Shown piece by piece: positions 16,437 to 26,481 of a stretch of DNA of 43,090 nucleotides. Within the stretch, counting starts at the first letter, position 1. Every line of letters begins with the position of its first letter. A program made the position numbers and the translations under genes. This DNA is from a virus (Duplodnaviria; Caudoviricetes). The stretch is from positions 1 to 43,090 of IMG/VR virus record IMGVR_UViG_3300032255_000004. The stretch is one strand, 5' to 3'. The notes beneath the pieces are model-generated. The model saw only the letters and a program-made list of their open reading frames with translations, was not told the origin of the DNA and did no database searches.

Positions 16437-17723
16437 ATGGCAACTCAAAGTATTTCTCCAGCACCACAGAAACCTAGCGTAGTTGAGTCAGGGTTCGGTA
16501 GGTTTTTCTACGCAGCGAACTCTGTTATTTACTTCAGCCCGTTAGTACGAAGTATTGCAGATATAGGTCGTTGCTACCAAGTGAATGATCCTACCAGTGA
16601 CCAGATCAGTGACGTGTTAGCTACTGATGGTGGTGAGCTGAACATTGATGAAGCTGGGGGCATCGTTAAATTACTGAAGTTCCGTTATGGTATCTTGATC
16701 TTTGCAGAGAACGGTGTCTGGTACTTATCAGGCCCTGATGGTATTTTTTCAGCTACTTCATTCAGCTTATCTAAGGTTAGCTCTATGGGTTGTCTGTATC
16801 CCGATTCAGTTGTACTTGCAGAAAGTGCAGTGTTCTATTTCTCAGAAGAAGGTATTATTCGTTTATCTGAGAACGAGTTCAATGTAATCACTGACGAGGA
16901 CATCACCTTAACCACAATACGTTCACATTACATCGAGTTCTTTAATGGTGTGGATGTAGTTGGAAACTTCAAACCTACAACTAAAGAGGTCTGGTGGTGG
17001 CAGAAAGAGCTACAACCTGATCAACCCCCTATGCGTGTGGGCGGTACAAGCACCCCTCGGGGATTAGTCCTAGACTTAAAGGTTGGAGGTTTTTATCCTC
17101 AACAGGTAGATTCTTTCAAGAAGATATCGAAGGCTGTAACTAAGAATTCTGAGTACTACCACGTAGATTGGTCAACCTCACAGACTGATGTATCTGAGGT
17201 AACAATTACACCTAACCTCAAAGATAACACCGATTCTAGCTTCTCTGATGGAACTAACCCTCCGTACATTGCTTACCTAGAGACAGGCCCTGAGACATTA
17301 GGGAAATACGCTAACGGTAAATCGGTAATGGAAGCAAGCTTCTTCTTCAACCGTACAGAGACTCAGATCACTGATTACAATTGGGATACTGGTGTGTACA
17401 CTTATGATAAGCCTAGTGGCTGTTTCTTACAACTACGCTGGGACTTCGATGACTCGAACAGCGGTAATCGTTGGGTAGGTAGTACTCCGTTATGGCCAAT
17501 AGGTCCCAACTTTCGTGAGCTTCAGATATATAACCCGAACGTACGTGGCTTCATTCCTGATGCAATCCCCTCAGATTTCAGTGACGGGTACAGTACAGTA
17601 AGTCAACGTCAGAGACTCCGTGGGAGCGGGAGAGCCGTTAAGTTCCGGTTCGAGTCTGAAGATAATAAAGATATGCAAATGCTAGGCTATGCCGTAGCTT
17701 ATAGTGTTAAGGGGCGTATGTGA
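16437..17723 (+). CDS. Tail tubular protein B / nozzle, C-terminal part
   Basis: Beta-propeller-like motifs (GILIFAENGVWYLSG, VFYFSEEGI) and C-terminal LRGSGRAVKFRFES. Confidence 0.65.
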   Translation: MATQSISPAPQKPSVVESGFGRFFYAANSVIYFSPLVRSIADIGRCYQVNDPTSDQISDVLATDGGELNIDEAGGIVKLLKFRYGILIFAENGVWYLSGPDGIFSATSFSLSKVSSMGCLYPDSVVLAESAVFYFSEEGIIRLSENEFNVITDEDITLTTIRSHYIEFFNGVDVVGNFKPTTKEVWWWQKELQPDQPPMRVGGTSTPRGLVLDLKVGGFYPQQVDSFKKISKAVTKNSEYYHVDWSTSQTDVSEVTITPNLKDNTDSSFSDGTNPPYIAYLETGPETLGKYANGKSVMEASFFFNRTETQITDYNWDTGVYTYDKPSGCFLQLRWDFDDSNSGNRWVGSTPLWPIGPNFRELQIYNPNVRGFIPDAIPSDFSDGYSTVSQRQRLRGSGRAVKFRFESEDNKDMQMLGYAVAYSVKGRM

Positions 17724-18037
17724 TAATTAGAATTGAATACAAAGACTCGATCCAGCATCCTTGTGTGTTCGAGGATCAGGATTGTGAAGTGTACATCGAG
17801 AACAGTACAATAGGGTGGTGCTTGCACTGCTACGTAAAGAACTGGTCTAAACAGGTGTACTGGAAATTAGTAGACGTGATGCTTTTACTTAAAGAGCAAG
17901 CCCCTCGTGGTGAGTTGTACTGCATAGCTATGAACTCGAAACTCCAGAAGTTCGCAGAGATGTTCGGTTTCTTCAGCGTAGATACTTTAACTGATCGTGA
18001 GACAGAAGAATCAGGGGAGTTAATGGTTTATGCTTGA
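17720..18037 (+). CDS. Putative GNAT-like protein (T7 gp13 position)
   Basis: 105 aa with KFAEMFGF motif, between nozzle and internal virion genes. Confidence 0.5.
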   Translation: MIIRIEYKDSIQHPCVFEDQDCEVYIENSTIGWCLHCYVKNWSKQVYWKLVDVMLLLKEQAPRGELYCIAMNSKLQKFAEMFGFFSVDTLTDRETEESGELMVYA

Positions 18038-18509
18038 TCCAATCACAACCGCTGTAGTCGCTTTAACTGCTGGCTCGTTGTACCAAGGGGAACGTTCTCG
18101 GAGGGAAACTAAGAAGGCCAGTAGAGCACAGGAACGTATCTCTGCACGTCAGACTCAAAGAGAACGGGTATCCCAGCTCAGGGAGTCTCAGATAGCTCGT
18201 GCTACAGGTGCAGTTCAAGCTGAGGGTCAGGGTGTAGCTCAAGGCAGTGCTTCGCAAGGAGTCCAATCCAGTATCCAGACTACTGCTGCAAGTAACGTTC
18301 AGTTCATTAACAGTATTGAAAGTTTACGTGCAGAAGTCAGTAGACGTATGCAGAAGTCACAGGATTTCGCAGCGGATGCTTCTAACTTATCTAGCTTAGC
18401 TAGTCTAGGTGCGAGTTTCGTTAAACCTTCACCTACTGGTACATCAAACACTCCGAATACTCTGAATACATCTACCTCAGGTAGTTCATCTGGCATAGGT
18501 ATTATTTAA
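18030..18509 (+). CDS. Internal virion (ejection) protein, small
   Basis: MLDPITTAVVALTAG hydrophobic start followed by Ala/Gln/Arg coiled coil, as in T7 gp14 / P22 gp7 analogues. Confidence 0.7.
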   Translation: MLDPITTAVVALTAGSLYQGERSRRETKKASRAQERISARQTQRERVSQLRESQIARATGAVQAEGQGVAQGSASQGVQSSIQTTAASNVQFINSIESLRAEVSRRMQKSQDFAADASNLSSLASLGASFVKPSPTGTSNTPNTLNTSTSGSSSGIGII

Positions 18510-21500
18510 TGGCTTTAGTTAGAGCAGAGAATGGCCCTACAGTTCAAGATAATCAGATCCAAGAGGTTGTTACCTTACCGGAAGCTGAGACAGATCCTGA
18601 ACAGTTAGCTCTTGAAATGAGAGCTAAGGGAATGACTCGTGAAGACCTTATCGGCGCTAAGCAACGTTTAGATGCTGCTGGTGTAGTGCAAGGCGCTCCT
18701 ATGCAGAAGTCGTTCTCACAGACACTTCAGGCTTTCGATAAAACATCAGATGAGTTAGGGTACTTGTTCGGGACTAAACCCGCAGTAGACCTTGACCTGA
18801 TGTTCTCAGCGAGTGATTCACCTTTTCAGATGTCCCTACCAGCATTGAAAGAGAACTCTCTCATGGCTGCTTCAGCCCTGAACATTACCCCTGAAGAAGC
18901 TGAAAAGCTTATAGGTGACGGTGAGGAGTTACTCCCTGAAGCTTATGCTGCAATTCGATCTAATTACGTGATGGAGTTCCAGCAGGAAACTGAACAGCGT
19001 ATTCGTGATGCTGAGACCCCTGAACAAACCTTACGTGCCTTACAGGACCTAGGTGAAGCACAGGATCGACCTTTAACTCCTGTGGATTTCAGAGATGCGT
19101 ACATCAAGGACGTTATCACTGCTCAGAATTATGAAGCTAATTACAAGTTCGATTTCTCTTCAGCTCGTGGACATATCCATCAGAACCTTGTAATCGCTGA
19201 GGAAATTGGAAAAGCTTCGGAACGTGTATGGGAACAAGCTGAGTACGGGGATCTGTTCAAAGATTTAGGACAGCTCTTGATACCCTTCACAGGTTACGCT
19301 GAGGAAGAAATCAATAAGTGGTCTGTAGATACAGCTCAGATCCTACGTGATCTGAAGCAAGCAGGTTCTCGTGCAGAAGCTAAGGATAAGATCGACCTCT
19401 TAGTGCAAGCACTTAAAGATACTCAAACCCCTTTGATTGAACGTAATAACACTTTACTTACACTGCAATCTTTGAACAGTATAGCTAATGAGTTCCGTGA
19501 TGGAGCTTATGGTTGGGTAGACGGTATCGTTACAGAAGAAGATGTCCGTAAGGGTGTCGAGACAGCGGCGTTCGGAGCACTAGAGTTCATACCCGCTGCT
19601 GGATCACTGGATGGTGCGATCAAGGCTATATCCAAGCGTATCCTACCGCGTAACAGCATAGATACATCTGGATTTGTCCCTATGGTGGACCAGAAGAACA
19701 TCGCTCAGTTCAGTGTACAGAGTCCCGACGTTAGTAATGTTGTCCTCACACAACGCGCGGGAAGCTCCAGTATGGACACTATCGTTCAGGTGGACCCTAC
19801 CCCTATCCGTAAGGAGATCGTGTCTGAGGGAGTCGCTGAGACGGCTAAGAAGCATAACCTTACTCCTGAGCAAGCCTCTGACCGTTCGATGCCTACTCTT
19901 GGGGCGTACATAGCTAAAACTATTCCAAACACAGAGTTAAGTCGTGCAGAGTTGAATGAGCTGAACCTCTCGAATATTGATATCAATAGCATGAAGACGC
20001 AGCAAGCTCTTGATCTTCAGAAGGATATCGGAGAGTCCGGTACTGTTCAGATCAGTGATGTGGTGATTGTACCTAACGAAGATACCTCCAGTATAGGAGA
20101 GTTCGTGTTCCATGTCGGTAGCTCAAAGGGGAACTGGTTCGATTCACTAGATCAAGCTGAAGCTGTTCAGCAACGTATCTTCGGTCAAGACACTGAGGTC
20201 GTGGAACTGAACGGGAAGTACGCTGTCCGTGTATCTCATAACCATATCTTTAATCCTAAGAAGGATGTTAAAGAGGAAGCCGTCCAAACCGTTACAGGTA
20301 AACTCCGTATGGTTGCTGATGTGCTGTACTCCTTAGGGGTACTCGATCCTTTACGTGTGCTGCAAGAAGATTTTATGTCAGCTGTTAGTTCAGTGTCTGA
20401 TGTGAATCGTGCTACGCTAGGTAAGTTAGCTGCGGACTTCAACACAGCTACTAAGTCTTGGACTAATAAGTCAAAGCTTCAGTTAGCCCGTGTGTTACAA
20501 GAAGCAGATTCAATGGGAGCTAACGGTCAGATTCTAACTAAACAGGATATGTTATCCGTGCTTCCTTCTGCGAGTCAGAAGCAGATCGACAACATCTGGG
20601 AACGTTATGCTCAGGTTCGTGAGATCTCTGAGGAACTGTACAAGATCACAGATAAGCGATTCCGTATCCAGTTAGAATCTCAGGGTTGGAAGTTCAGTAA
20701 GTTCGGTGATGATTCAGATTTCGTACGGAAAGCCCGTTCTGCTGAAATGTCCCCTGATGAGTTAGTACTAGACACTAGGACGAACACAGTGGTCCGTCAG
20801 GGCGATTTAGAGCTTGATGAGACTGTTACCCTTGGTAAGGTAATGAATCCCCGTGTAGGCCCTGACAAGAAGGATTACGACCTGATCGTTGTTAAGAACT
20901 CGGATACACAAGCTTTACCGCTTGGCCCTTTACTTAACAAGCAGGAAGGTTATGTTCCTCGGTACTACACAGATACAGGTTGGATACTTAAACGTGCAGG
21001 TACTCGTAACATCAACGGTGTGAATAAACCTGTATCTAACGTAACCCATATCGTACGCTCCAAGGCTGACGCTAAAAAGGCTAAGCAAGCTGCGATCAAT
21101 CGAGAAGTTAGGGAGTTCAGGGCAACCCTCCGTGGACTTACTCCTGAAGAACAAGCCTTGAAGCTTGAACAGAAGACTGCACAGCTTCAGAAGGAGATCA
21201 CTTGGCACCGTTCAAGAGAGAACTCGGAGCGTGATCTGATCTGGGGTAAGGATTCTGATGTAAGTTTCGGATTCGGTTCGGTGAACTCTAGGGCTAAAGG
21301 TGAACGTCTTTCAGGTTCAGAAGGTCCAGCTCCAATCCTAGATCCGGTATCGAGTATAGCTCGTAGGATTAACAGCATCAGTAGAGATTTGAATCATCCA
21401 GTTATTGCAAGTATGCAGTCTCGATTCAATCAACGTTACAGTTCGTTCTTACGTGAGGGTGAAGGTACAGCTTGGAATCCTAGCTTATCTGCTATGTTAA

Positions 21501-23377
21501 AGAAAGAGGATAGCCTTACTGTCGAAGCCCGTATGGAGATGGGTAGTATGCACTCTTATATCGAGAGTTTAAGGGAAGTAGAAACTGCTCCCTTGTTCGG
21601 ACGTATAGATGCGATGTTCGAGAGCCTGTTCGAAGGTATTCCTGTTCTTGAGAAGGTAGCAAACCCCCTGAAGAATACAGCACAGTGGTTGAAGTTCAAC
21701 GCTGCCTTAGTGTTCATCATCGGTAGACCGAACTTCCAGATACCTACTAACTTGTTCCAGATGTGGCCTATTGCTATACGTTCATTAGCGTACAGTCCAT
21801 TCCAAGTACTACGTGGTTCAGCTTCTGTACCTTTTGTACTTGCAGGCCGTATCAATAAGATGGAGAACCCGAAGGTTATCTCTAAGATGTTAGGTGTACC
21901 TGAATCAGAAGCTAAACCTTTGATGAAGTTCTTGTTCGAAGATTCAGGATTAGTCCGTGATACAGACTTCACAGATGATATCTTGAGTTCTGCAACTGAT
22001 GAACTCATTAAGACTCAAGGCCATGGTGTACTGTCTACAGGTAAACGTGTCGTCACTGCACCTGTTCGTGGAGCCTTCGCTGCGAGTACAGCCCTTCAGA
22101 CTAAATCATTACAGATGGTTAACCTGTACGCTTTCCTTACAGAAGTAACACGGGAAGCAGCTAAAGGCGGATTCAAGCTAGACGCTAGAACTAAAGCAAA
22201 GCTCTTGTTCAATACACGTAAGCTTACCCAAACACAGAACCGTTCGAATCAGTTCCGTTACCAGAACAGTGCAGACATCGACGGTTTGATGTTCCAGTTC
22301 ATGCAGCACGTACAGAAAATGATGCTGGATCTAGTTATTGAGCCTACGACTACAGCACTAACAGGGAAGACCTTTAAACGTAATCCTTTTGCGGAAGACC
22401 GTAAGGTTGCAGCAGCACTTACTGCTGGGAACTTGATACTGTTCGGTACATCAGGTATCATAGGCTCGAAGTTAAGTCGTGAAGGGGGTAATGAATTAAT
22501 CGAAGAATTCCCTGAGATTGCTACAGATCCTGCATTCCAAGAAGTGTACGAGACAGCGACAGGTGGCATAATCAACAGCATGGTTAGTGGTTTCAGTGAC
22601 CGTATAACCCCTGCTGCTTACACAGATAGCATCCACCAGCTGTTTGCTAATGATGATGGATTACTAGGGACTATGTTCGGTGCATCCGGTGCTTACACAA
22701 GTTCAGTGTACGACTTAGGTAAGAATCTGATAACGCTATCGTTCACCCCTGATATGTCAGCAGAAGATAAGTTCTACCCTGCACTACGGGAAATCAGTGC
22801 CCTGTTCTCAGGTGCAAGGGATATCGAGAAAGCTTACATAGCGTATAACTTCGGAGTCCTCCCGTATTCAAGTAACCTTTCAGGTGCTATGGCAGTGAGC
22901 AATCGTGAAGCAATTGCAGCAGCGTTCAGTGTTACACCTGAAGCTATTAATGATTTCTATAACGAATCTGGCAAGCGTGGACGTGTTCAGGGAAGTTTAA
23001 CCCTTACTAATTCACAGAAACGTATCAATGACTTGTTCATACGTCAAATGAACCGTGAGCTTATTGAACTATCGGAACTTAAAGGGTACGATTACTTACG
23101 TAAAGCTATACCCATCCGTCAGAAGTGGATTGGATACGCTAAAGCTGCACATGGGTTAGATAATATCACGATGAATAAAGTTGAGAACTATTTCATGACT
23201 AAAACACTTTCACCTAACAGTGAAGATTTCGAGAAATTTGTACGACCTTATATCTACGACCTCGATATAGAAGAGACTATTGAGAACTTAGAACGTATAG
23301 GCAATACTACGGATAACCCTAAACTAGCTGAATTCGTTAAGAACCGTGTTCAGATGATGAGAATGGTGCAAGACTAA
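18509..23377 (+). CDS. Large internal virion (ejection) protein
   Basis: 1622 aa, largely helical with hydrophobic C-terminal patches; no RNA polymerase motifs seen. Confidence 0.75.
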   Translation: MALVRAENGPTVQDNQIQEVVTLPEAETDPEQLALEMRAKGMTREDLIGAKQRLDAAGVVQGAPMQKSFSQTLQAFDKTSDELGYLFGTKPAVDLDLMFSASDSPFQMSLPALKENSLMAASALNITPEEAEKLIGDGEELLPEAYAAIRSNYVMEFQQETEQRIRDAETPEQTLRALQDLGEAQDRPLTPVDFRDAYIKDVITAQNYEANYKFDFSSARGHIHQNLVIAEEIGKASERVWEQAEYGDLFKDLGQLLIPFTGYAEEEINKWSVDTAQILRDLKQAGSRAEAKDKIDLLVQALKDTQTPLIERNNTLLTLQSLNSIANEFRDGAYGWVDGIVTEEDVRKGVETAAFGALEFIPAAGSLDGAIKAISKRILPRNSIDTSGFVPMVDQKNIAQFSVQSPDVSNVVLTQRAGSSSMDTIVQVDPTPIRKEIVSEGVAETAKKHNLTPEQASDRSMPTLGAYIAKTIPNTELSRAELNELNLSNIDINSMKTQQALDLQKDIGESGTVQISDVVIVPNEDTSSIGEFVFHVGSSKGNWFDSLDQAEAVQQRIFGQDTEVVELNGKYAVRVSHNHIFNPKKDVKEEAVQTVTGKLRMVADVLYSLGVLDPLRVLQEDFMSAVSSVSDVNRATLGKLAADFNTATKSWTNKSKLQLARVLQEADSMGANGQILTKQDMLSVLPSASQKQIDNIWERYAQVREISEELYKITDKRFRIQLESQGWKFSKFGDDSDFVRKARSAEMSPDELVLDTRTNTVVRQGDLELDETVTLGKVMNPRVGPDKKDYDLIVVKNSDTQALPLGPLLNKQEGYVPRYYTDTGWILKRAGTRNINGVNKPVSNVTHIVRSKADAKKAKQAAINREVREFRATLRGLTPEEQALKLEQKTAQLQKEITWHRSRENSERDLIWGKDSDVSFGFGSVNSRAKGERLSGSEGPAPILDPVSSIARRINSISRDLNHPVIASMQSRFNQRYSSFLREGEGTAWNPSLSAMLKKEDSLTVEARMEMGSMHSYIESLREVETAPLFGRIDAMFESLFEGIPVLEKVANPLKNTAQWLKFNAALVFIIGRPNFQIPTNLFQMWPIAIRSLAYSPFQVLRGSASVPFVLAGRINKMENPKVISKMLGVPESEAKPLMKFLFEDSGLVRDTDFTDDILSSATDELIKTQGHGVLSTGKRVVTAPVRGAFAASTALQTKSLQMVNLYAFLTEVTREAAKGGFKLDARTKAKLLFNTRKLTQTQNRSNQFRYQNSADIDGLMFQFMQHVQKMMLDLVIEPTTTALTGKTFKRNPFAEDRKVAAALTAGNLILFGTSGIIGSKLSREGGNELIEEFPEIATDPAFQEVYETATGGIINSMVSGFSDRITPAAYTDSIHQLFANDDGLLGTMFGASGAYTSSVYDLGKNLITLSFTPDMSAEDKFYPALREISALFSGARDIEKAYIAYNFGVLPYSSNLSGAMAVSNREAIAAAFSVTPEAINDFYNESGKRGRVQGSLTLTNSQKRINDLFIRQMNRELIELSELKGYDYLRKAIPIRQKWIGYAKAAHGLDNITMNKVENYFMTKTLSPNSEDFEKFVRPYIYDLDIEETIENLERIGNTTDNPKLAEFVKNRVQMMRMVQD

Positions 23378-25110
23378 TGGCAGACCTATCTAAACAAAGA
23401 ATACAGACTTTAACTCAAGCAGCAGGGAGCAGTCCTACCTTGAACACGGGTACTCAATCCCTAGGCGGGGACCTTATACAGGCCGCTAAGTTCGGTGTAG
23501 AGCTGTACCAGAAAAACCAAGCTCAACAAGAGATCGCGGATATCCAGCAGCAACAGTCCATCTTCCAGTCGGAAGTTAGTAAAGGTGTAGCTGGCTTTGA
23601 AACATTGCAGCGTAATTTAGAGGCTTCTCAGGTCTCAGGCACTCGTGCTAATTCTCAGATATCTAATTACCTGAACAAGTACGATGTTGAAACACGTAAT
23701 GCTATTCTTGCGGGAACTAAAGCATTGACAGGTACATCTGCCTTAGGGTCGGTATCTGATGCTGAGGCTGAGATCATCGCTAAGCAGGATGCAACCTTTG
23801 AATTACAAAGCACTGCTGCTCAGTTGATCCCGTACAGTACATCTCCTGTGCCTGATTTAGAGACGATGCCAGATCAGGAACTTCGTGAGTACATCGTTGG
23901 TGCTCAAGCTAACAAGGCGCGATTAGATGCCAAGGAAGCTGCGCTTCAGGCAAGTGCATTCAAGCAAAAGGATAAGAACGGTGTTATCAAGAAAACAGCA
24001 GCACTGAAGTTCAATGAACTCGCTATAACGGGTTCTATAGCGCAAGCTAAGACTCTGCTAGGAGGTGTAAGTTTAGCTGACGATGTAGCTAGAAAGGATG
24101 TCATGGATCAGATACGTAAGATGAAACAAGAGGCTGTTCTGAAATACCAGCGAATGATGCTAGATACGCACAACATAGCAGTCGGGGCTACGGAAGCACA
24201 AGAGGCGTTGATGCCTACACTTAGTACACTAGACGGGTACATGGAAGATGTACTAGGCACAGATGCTGTTAAGATAGGGGATAACTCCCTAGCACGACTT
24301 ACGAACGGCGCACTCGTAGCGGGATACACTAAGAACCCTAGGGATACAATGATGTTCCTCCTAGGGAAGGCTATAGGATACCCGATTCCGGGAGTTGCTG
24401 AGGATACTCTCCTTTCGATACTGGAAGGAGTCGCGTCAGGTCGCAACCAGAGCACTGATACAGTTCTAGAAAATCTTGAGGTTGAATTACGAAGTAAGAA
24501 TGTACCTGAAGCCGAGATCGAGAAACATTTACAAACAGCTAAGGATATGACCTTCAAGGCGAGTGACAGCTACAAGGAGTTAACTTCCGACGATAAGAAC
24601 ACCTTAACGAACAGCTTGATGCAAGATATTAATCCGAGTACAGAGGCTGAACTTGTACGTAGTATGCACTCTGGTACTATTACACGTAGGTTAGAGGAAC
24701 TGGCTAACCCTGAATCGGCTCAAACTTATATCAAGGATGCTGAGGAAATAGGACAATCACTAGAGCGTCCTGTGAAATTATTACTTTCTACGTTAGGTAC
24801 AAAAGTTCGAACAGGGAGGACTCAATCCTTATCCCAAGCTATGAGTGGAAGTATGGAGTCGCACAGTTTATCACATTTTTATGACTTTAACACTAGTACG
24901 AACCAGTTCGAACTGAAAGATCCTAGGGTGGTTCCCCCAGCAAATGAGAGGGACGTGCTAGGGACCAACGTTATTCGTAATGTGAATTCATTCATAGGTA
25001 CAACATTGAAAGCTTACAAAAATTTAGGCTTAGATACTAAATCCGAAGAACTTAAACAAGAACTTAACTCAATATTTGGAGAGCAAGATGCCAGCGAAGG
25101 GTCAAACTAA
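23377..25110 (+). CDS. Internal virion (ejection) protein
   Basis: 577 aa Ala/Gln-rich helical protein coupled (TAATG) to the previous gene. Confidence 0.7.
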   Translation: MADLSKQRIQTLTQAAGSSPTLNTGTQSLGGDLIQAAKFGVELYQKNQAQQEIADIQQQQSIFQSEVSKGVAGFETLQRNLEASQVSGTRANSQISNYLNKYDVETRNAILAGTKALTGTSALGSVSDAEAEIIAKQDATFELQSTAAQLIPYSTSPVPDLETMPDQELREYIVGAQANKARLDAKEAALQASAFKQKDKNGVIKKTAALKFNELAITGSIAQAKTLLGGVSLADDVARKDVMDQIRKMKQEAVLKYQRMMLDTHNIAVGATEAQEALMPTLSTLDGYMEDVLGTDAVKIGDNSLARLTNGALVAGYTKNPRDTMMFLLGKAIGYPIPGVAEDTLLSILEGVASGRNQSTDTVLENLEVELRSKNVPEAEIEKHLQTAKDMTFKASDSYKELTSDDKNTLTNSLMQDINPSTEAELVRSMHSGTITRRLEELANPESAQTYIKDAEEIGQSLERPVKLLLSTLGTKVRTGRTQSLSQAMSGSMESHSLSHFYDFNTSTNQFELKDPRVVPPANERDVLGTNVIRNVNSFIGTTLKAYKNLGLDTKSEELKQELNSIFGEQDASEGSN

Positions 25111-25372
25111 GAAGAACGCTTCTAAGCGTAGTAAGCAGCAGCGTAAGTACAACAGTACAGCTAAAGCTAAGAAGGATCGTGCAGCCCGTAACAAGGCTAG
25201 ACGTGAAGCTGAGAAAGATGGTAGAGTGCAAAAGGGGGACGGTAAAGATATCGACCACAAAAAGCCTTTACGCTCTGGTGGAAGTACAGCTAAGAGTAAC
25301 ACAAGAGTCCGTTCGAAGTCTGCAAACCGTTCAGATAACGGTAAAACTGGTGGTAGGAAGAAGAAGAAATGA
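25088..25372 (+). CDS. Small basic HNH-motif protein
   Basis: DIDHKKPLRSGGSTAKSNTRVRSKSANRSDN; GGAG RBS before ATG 25088. Confidence 0.8.
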   Translation: MPAKGQTKKNASKRSKQQRKYNSTAKAKKDRAARNKARREAEKDGRVQKGDGKDIDHKKPLRSGGSTAKSNTRVRSKSANRSDNGKTGGRKKKK

Positions 25373-25683
25373 TCAGAGAAAAGCTCTTCGAGGGTTCGGT
25401 TGCTCTAGTGATTATGATAATTATGTCTGTGAGTGGATTCTACTTCAACACACAGATTAACTCCTTAAAGGATATACTAACTGTAACTCAGGGTATGCAG
25501 ATAGAACTGGCAAGGCGTGGAGAATGGATGGAATGGGTATCTAAGGAAATCGTAGATCTGAATACGAAATCTATAGATAGATACACAAAGACTGAAGCTG
25601 ATAAAGATTTAGGTTACTTAGAAAGACGGATACAAGGTATCGAGTCTGACGTTAAAAAGTTAGAGCAGAAAGAGGATAGATAA
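25369..25683 (+). CDS. Membrane-anchored coiled-coil protein
   Basis: One N-terminal TM (VALVIMIIMSVSGFYF) followed by coiled coil. Confidence 0.65.
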   Translation: MIREKLFEGSVALVIMIIMSVSGFYFNTQINSLKDILTVTQGMQIELARRGEWMEWVSKEIVDLNTKSIDRYTKTEADKDLGYLERRIQGIESDVKKLEQKEDR

Positions 25684-26090
25684 TGGCTAACAGAATGTAC
25701 GACCTAGGAAGGGAGTCTTTCCTGAAGGGCGAGATAAGTTGGAGTGCAGATAACATCAAAGTTGTACTGGTTGATTCAGCTGATTACACTCCAGATACCG
25801 CAACAGATCAGTTCTTGAGTGATATACTGTTAGCAGGGCGAGTGGCGACTTCAGCCAACCTGACAACCAAGACAACCACTAACGGTGTAGCTGACGCTGA
25901 CGATGTTACCTTGAGTTCTGTCACAGGTGATCAAAGCGAACTAATTGTTGTGTACCAAGACACAGGTGTTGAGGGAACTTCTCGGTTGATTGCGCTTGTT
26001 GATACAGCTACAGGCTTACCTGTTACCCCGAATGGTGGAGATATCCAGATTCAATGGGATGCTGGCGCTGATAAGATATTCAAATTATAA
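25683..26090 (+). CDS. Putative virion structural protein
   Basis: MANRMYDLGRESFLKGEISWSADNIKVVLVD...LPVTPNGGDIQIQWD resembles a widespread phage structural family; coupled start. Confidence 0.65.
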   Translation: MANRMYDLGRESFLKGEISWSADNIKVVLVDSADYTPDTATDQFLSDILLAGRVATSANLTTKTTTNGVADADDVTLSSVTGDQSELIVVYQDTGVEGTSRLIALVDTATGLPVTPNGGDIQIQWDAGADKIFKL

Positions 26091-26099
26091 GAGGTTCAA

Positions 26100-26267
26100 A
26101 TGTTCGGATTAACTAAACTTACACCAGAAGAAAAAGCTGCTCACGATAAGCAGAAACGTGTACAAGCCTTGCAAGCTATGATTGAACAGATGCGTGTACA
26201 GCGTCAAGATTTATTACAGAAAGCAGAGCAATGTAATGCTGAGCTATCTAAACTATTAGGCGAATAA
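26100..26267 (+). CDS. Small coiled-coil protein (55 aa)
   Basis: GAGG RBS; MFGLTKLTPEEK...LSKLLGE*; fills the gap; below the ORF-track cutoff. Confidence 0.7.
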   Translation: MFGLTKLTPEEKAAHDKQKRVQALQAMIEQMRVQRQDLLQKAEQCNAELSKLLGE

Positions 26268-26268
26268 T

Positions 26269-26478
26269 ATGTCGTACGAGTTAACAAAAAGCCAGAATTT
26301 GAAGCAGTCAACATATGAACGACTGGCGGCAGACTCTGGTTCTATACAGAACATGGTGTCTTCTTGGAGAAATACTTATATTTCTCTAAGATCTCAGGGT
26401 ACTCCGGCAGAAAACGTTGATCTTGACGCTAGAAAAGATGAGCTTGTCCAAGCTTTAAATACTTTATTGGGTAACTAA
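26269..26478 (+). CDS. Hypothetical protein (69 aa)
   Basis: Tightly packed ORF in the operon. Confidence 0.65.
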   Translation: MSYELTKSQNLKQSTYERLAADSGSIQNMVSSWRNTYISLRSQGTPAENVDLDARKDELVQALNTLLGN

Positions 26479-26481
26479 AGT

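Noticed and set aside
18509-23377. Virion RNA polymerase (N4-like)
   Set aside because: Much shorter than N4 vRNAP and no recognisable polymerase motifs; position fits an ejection protein.
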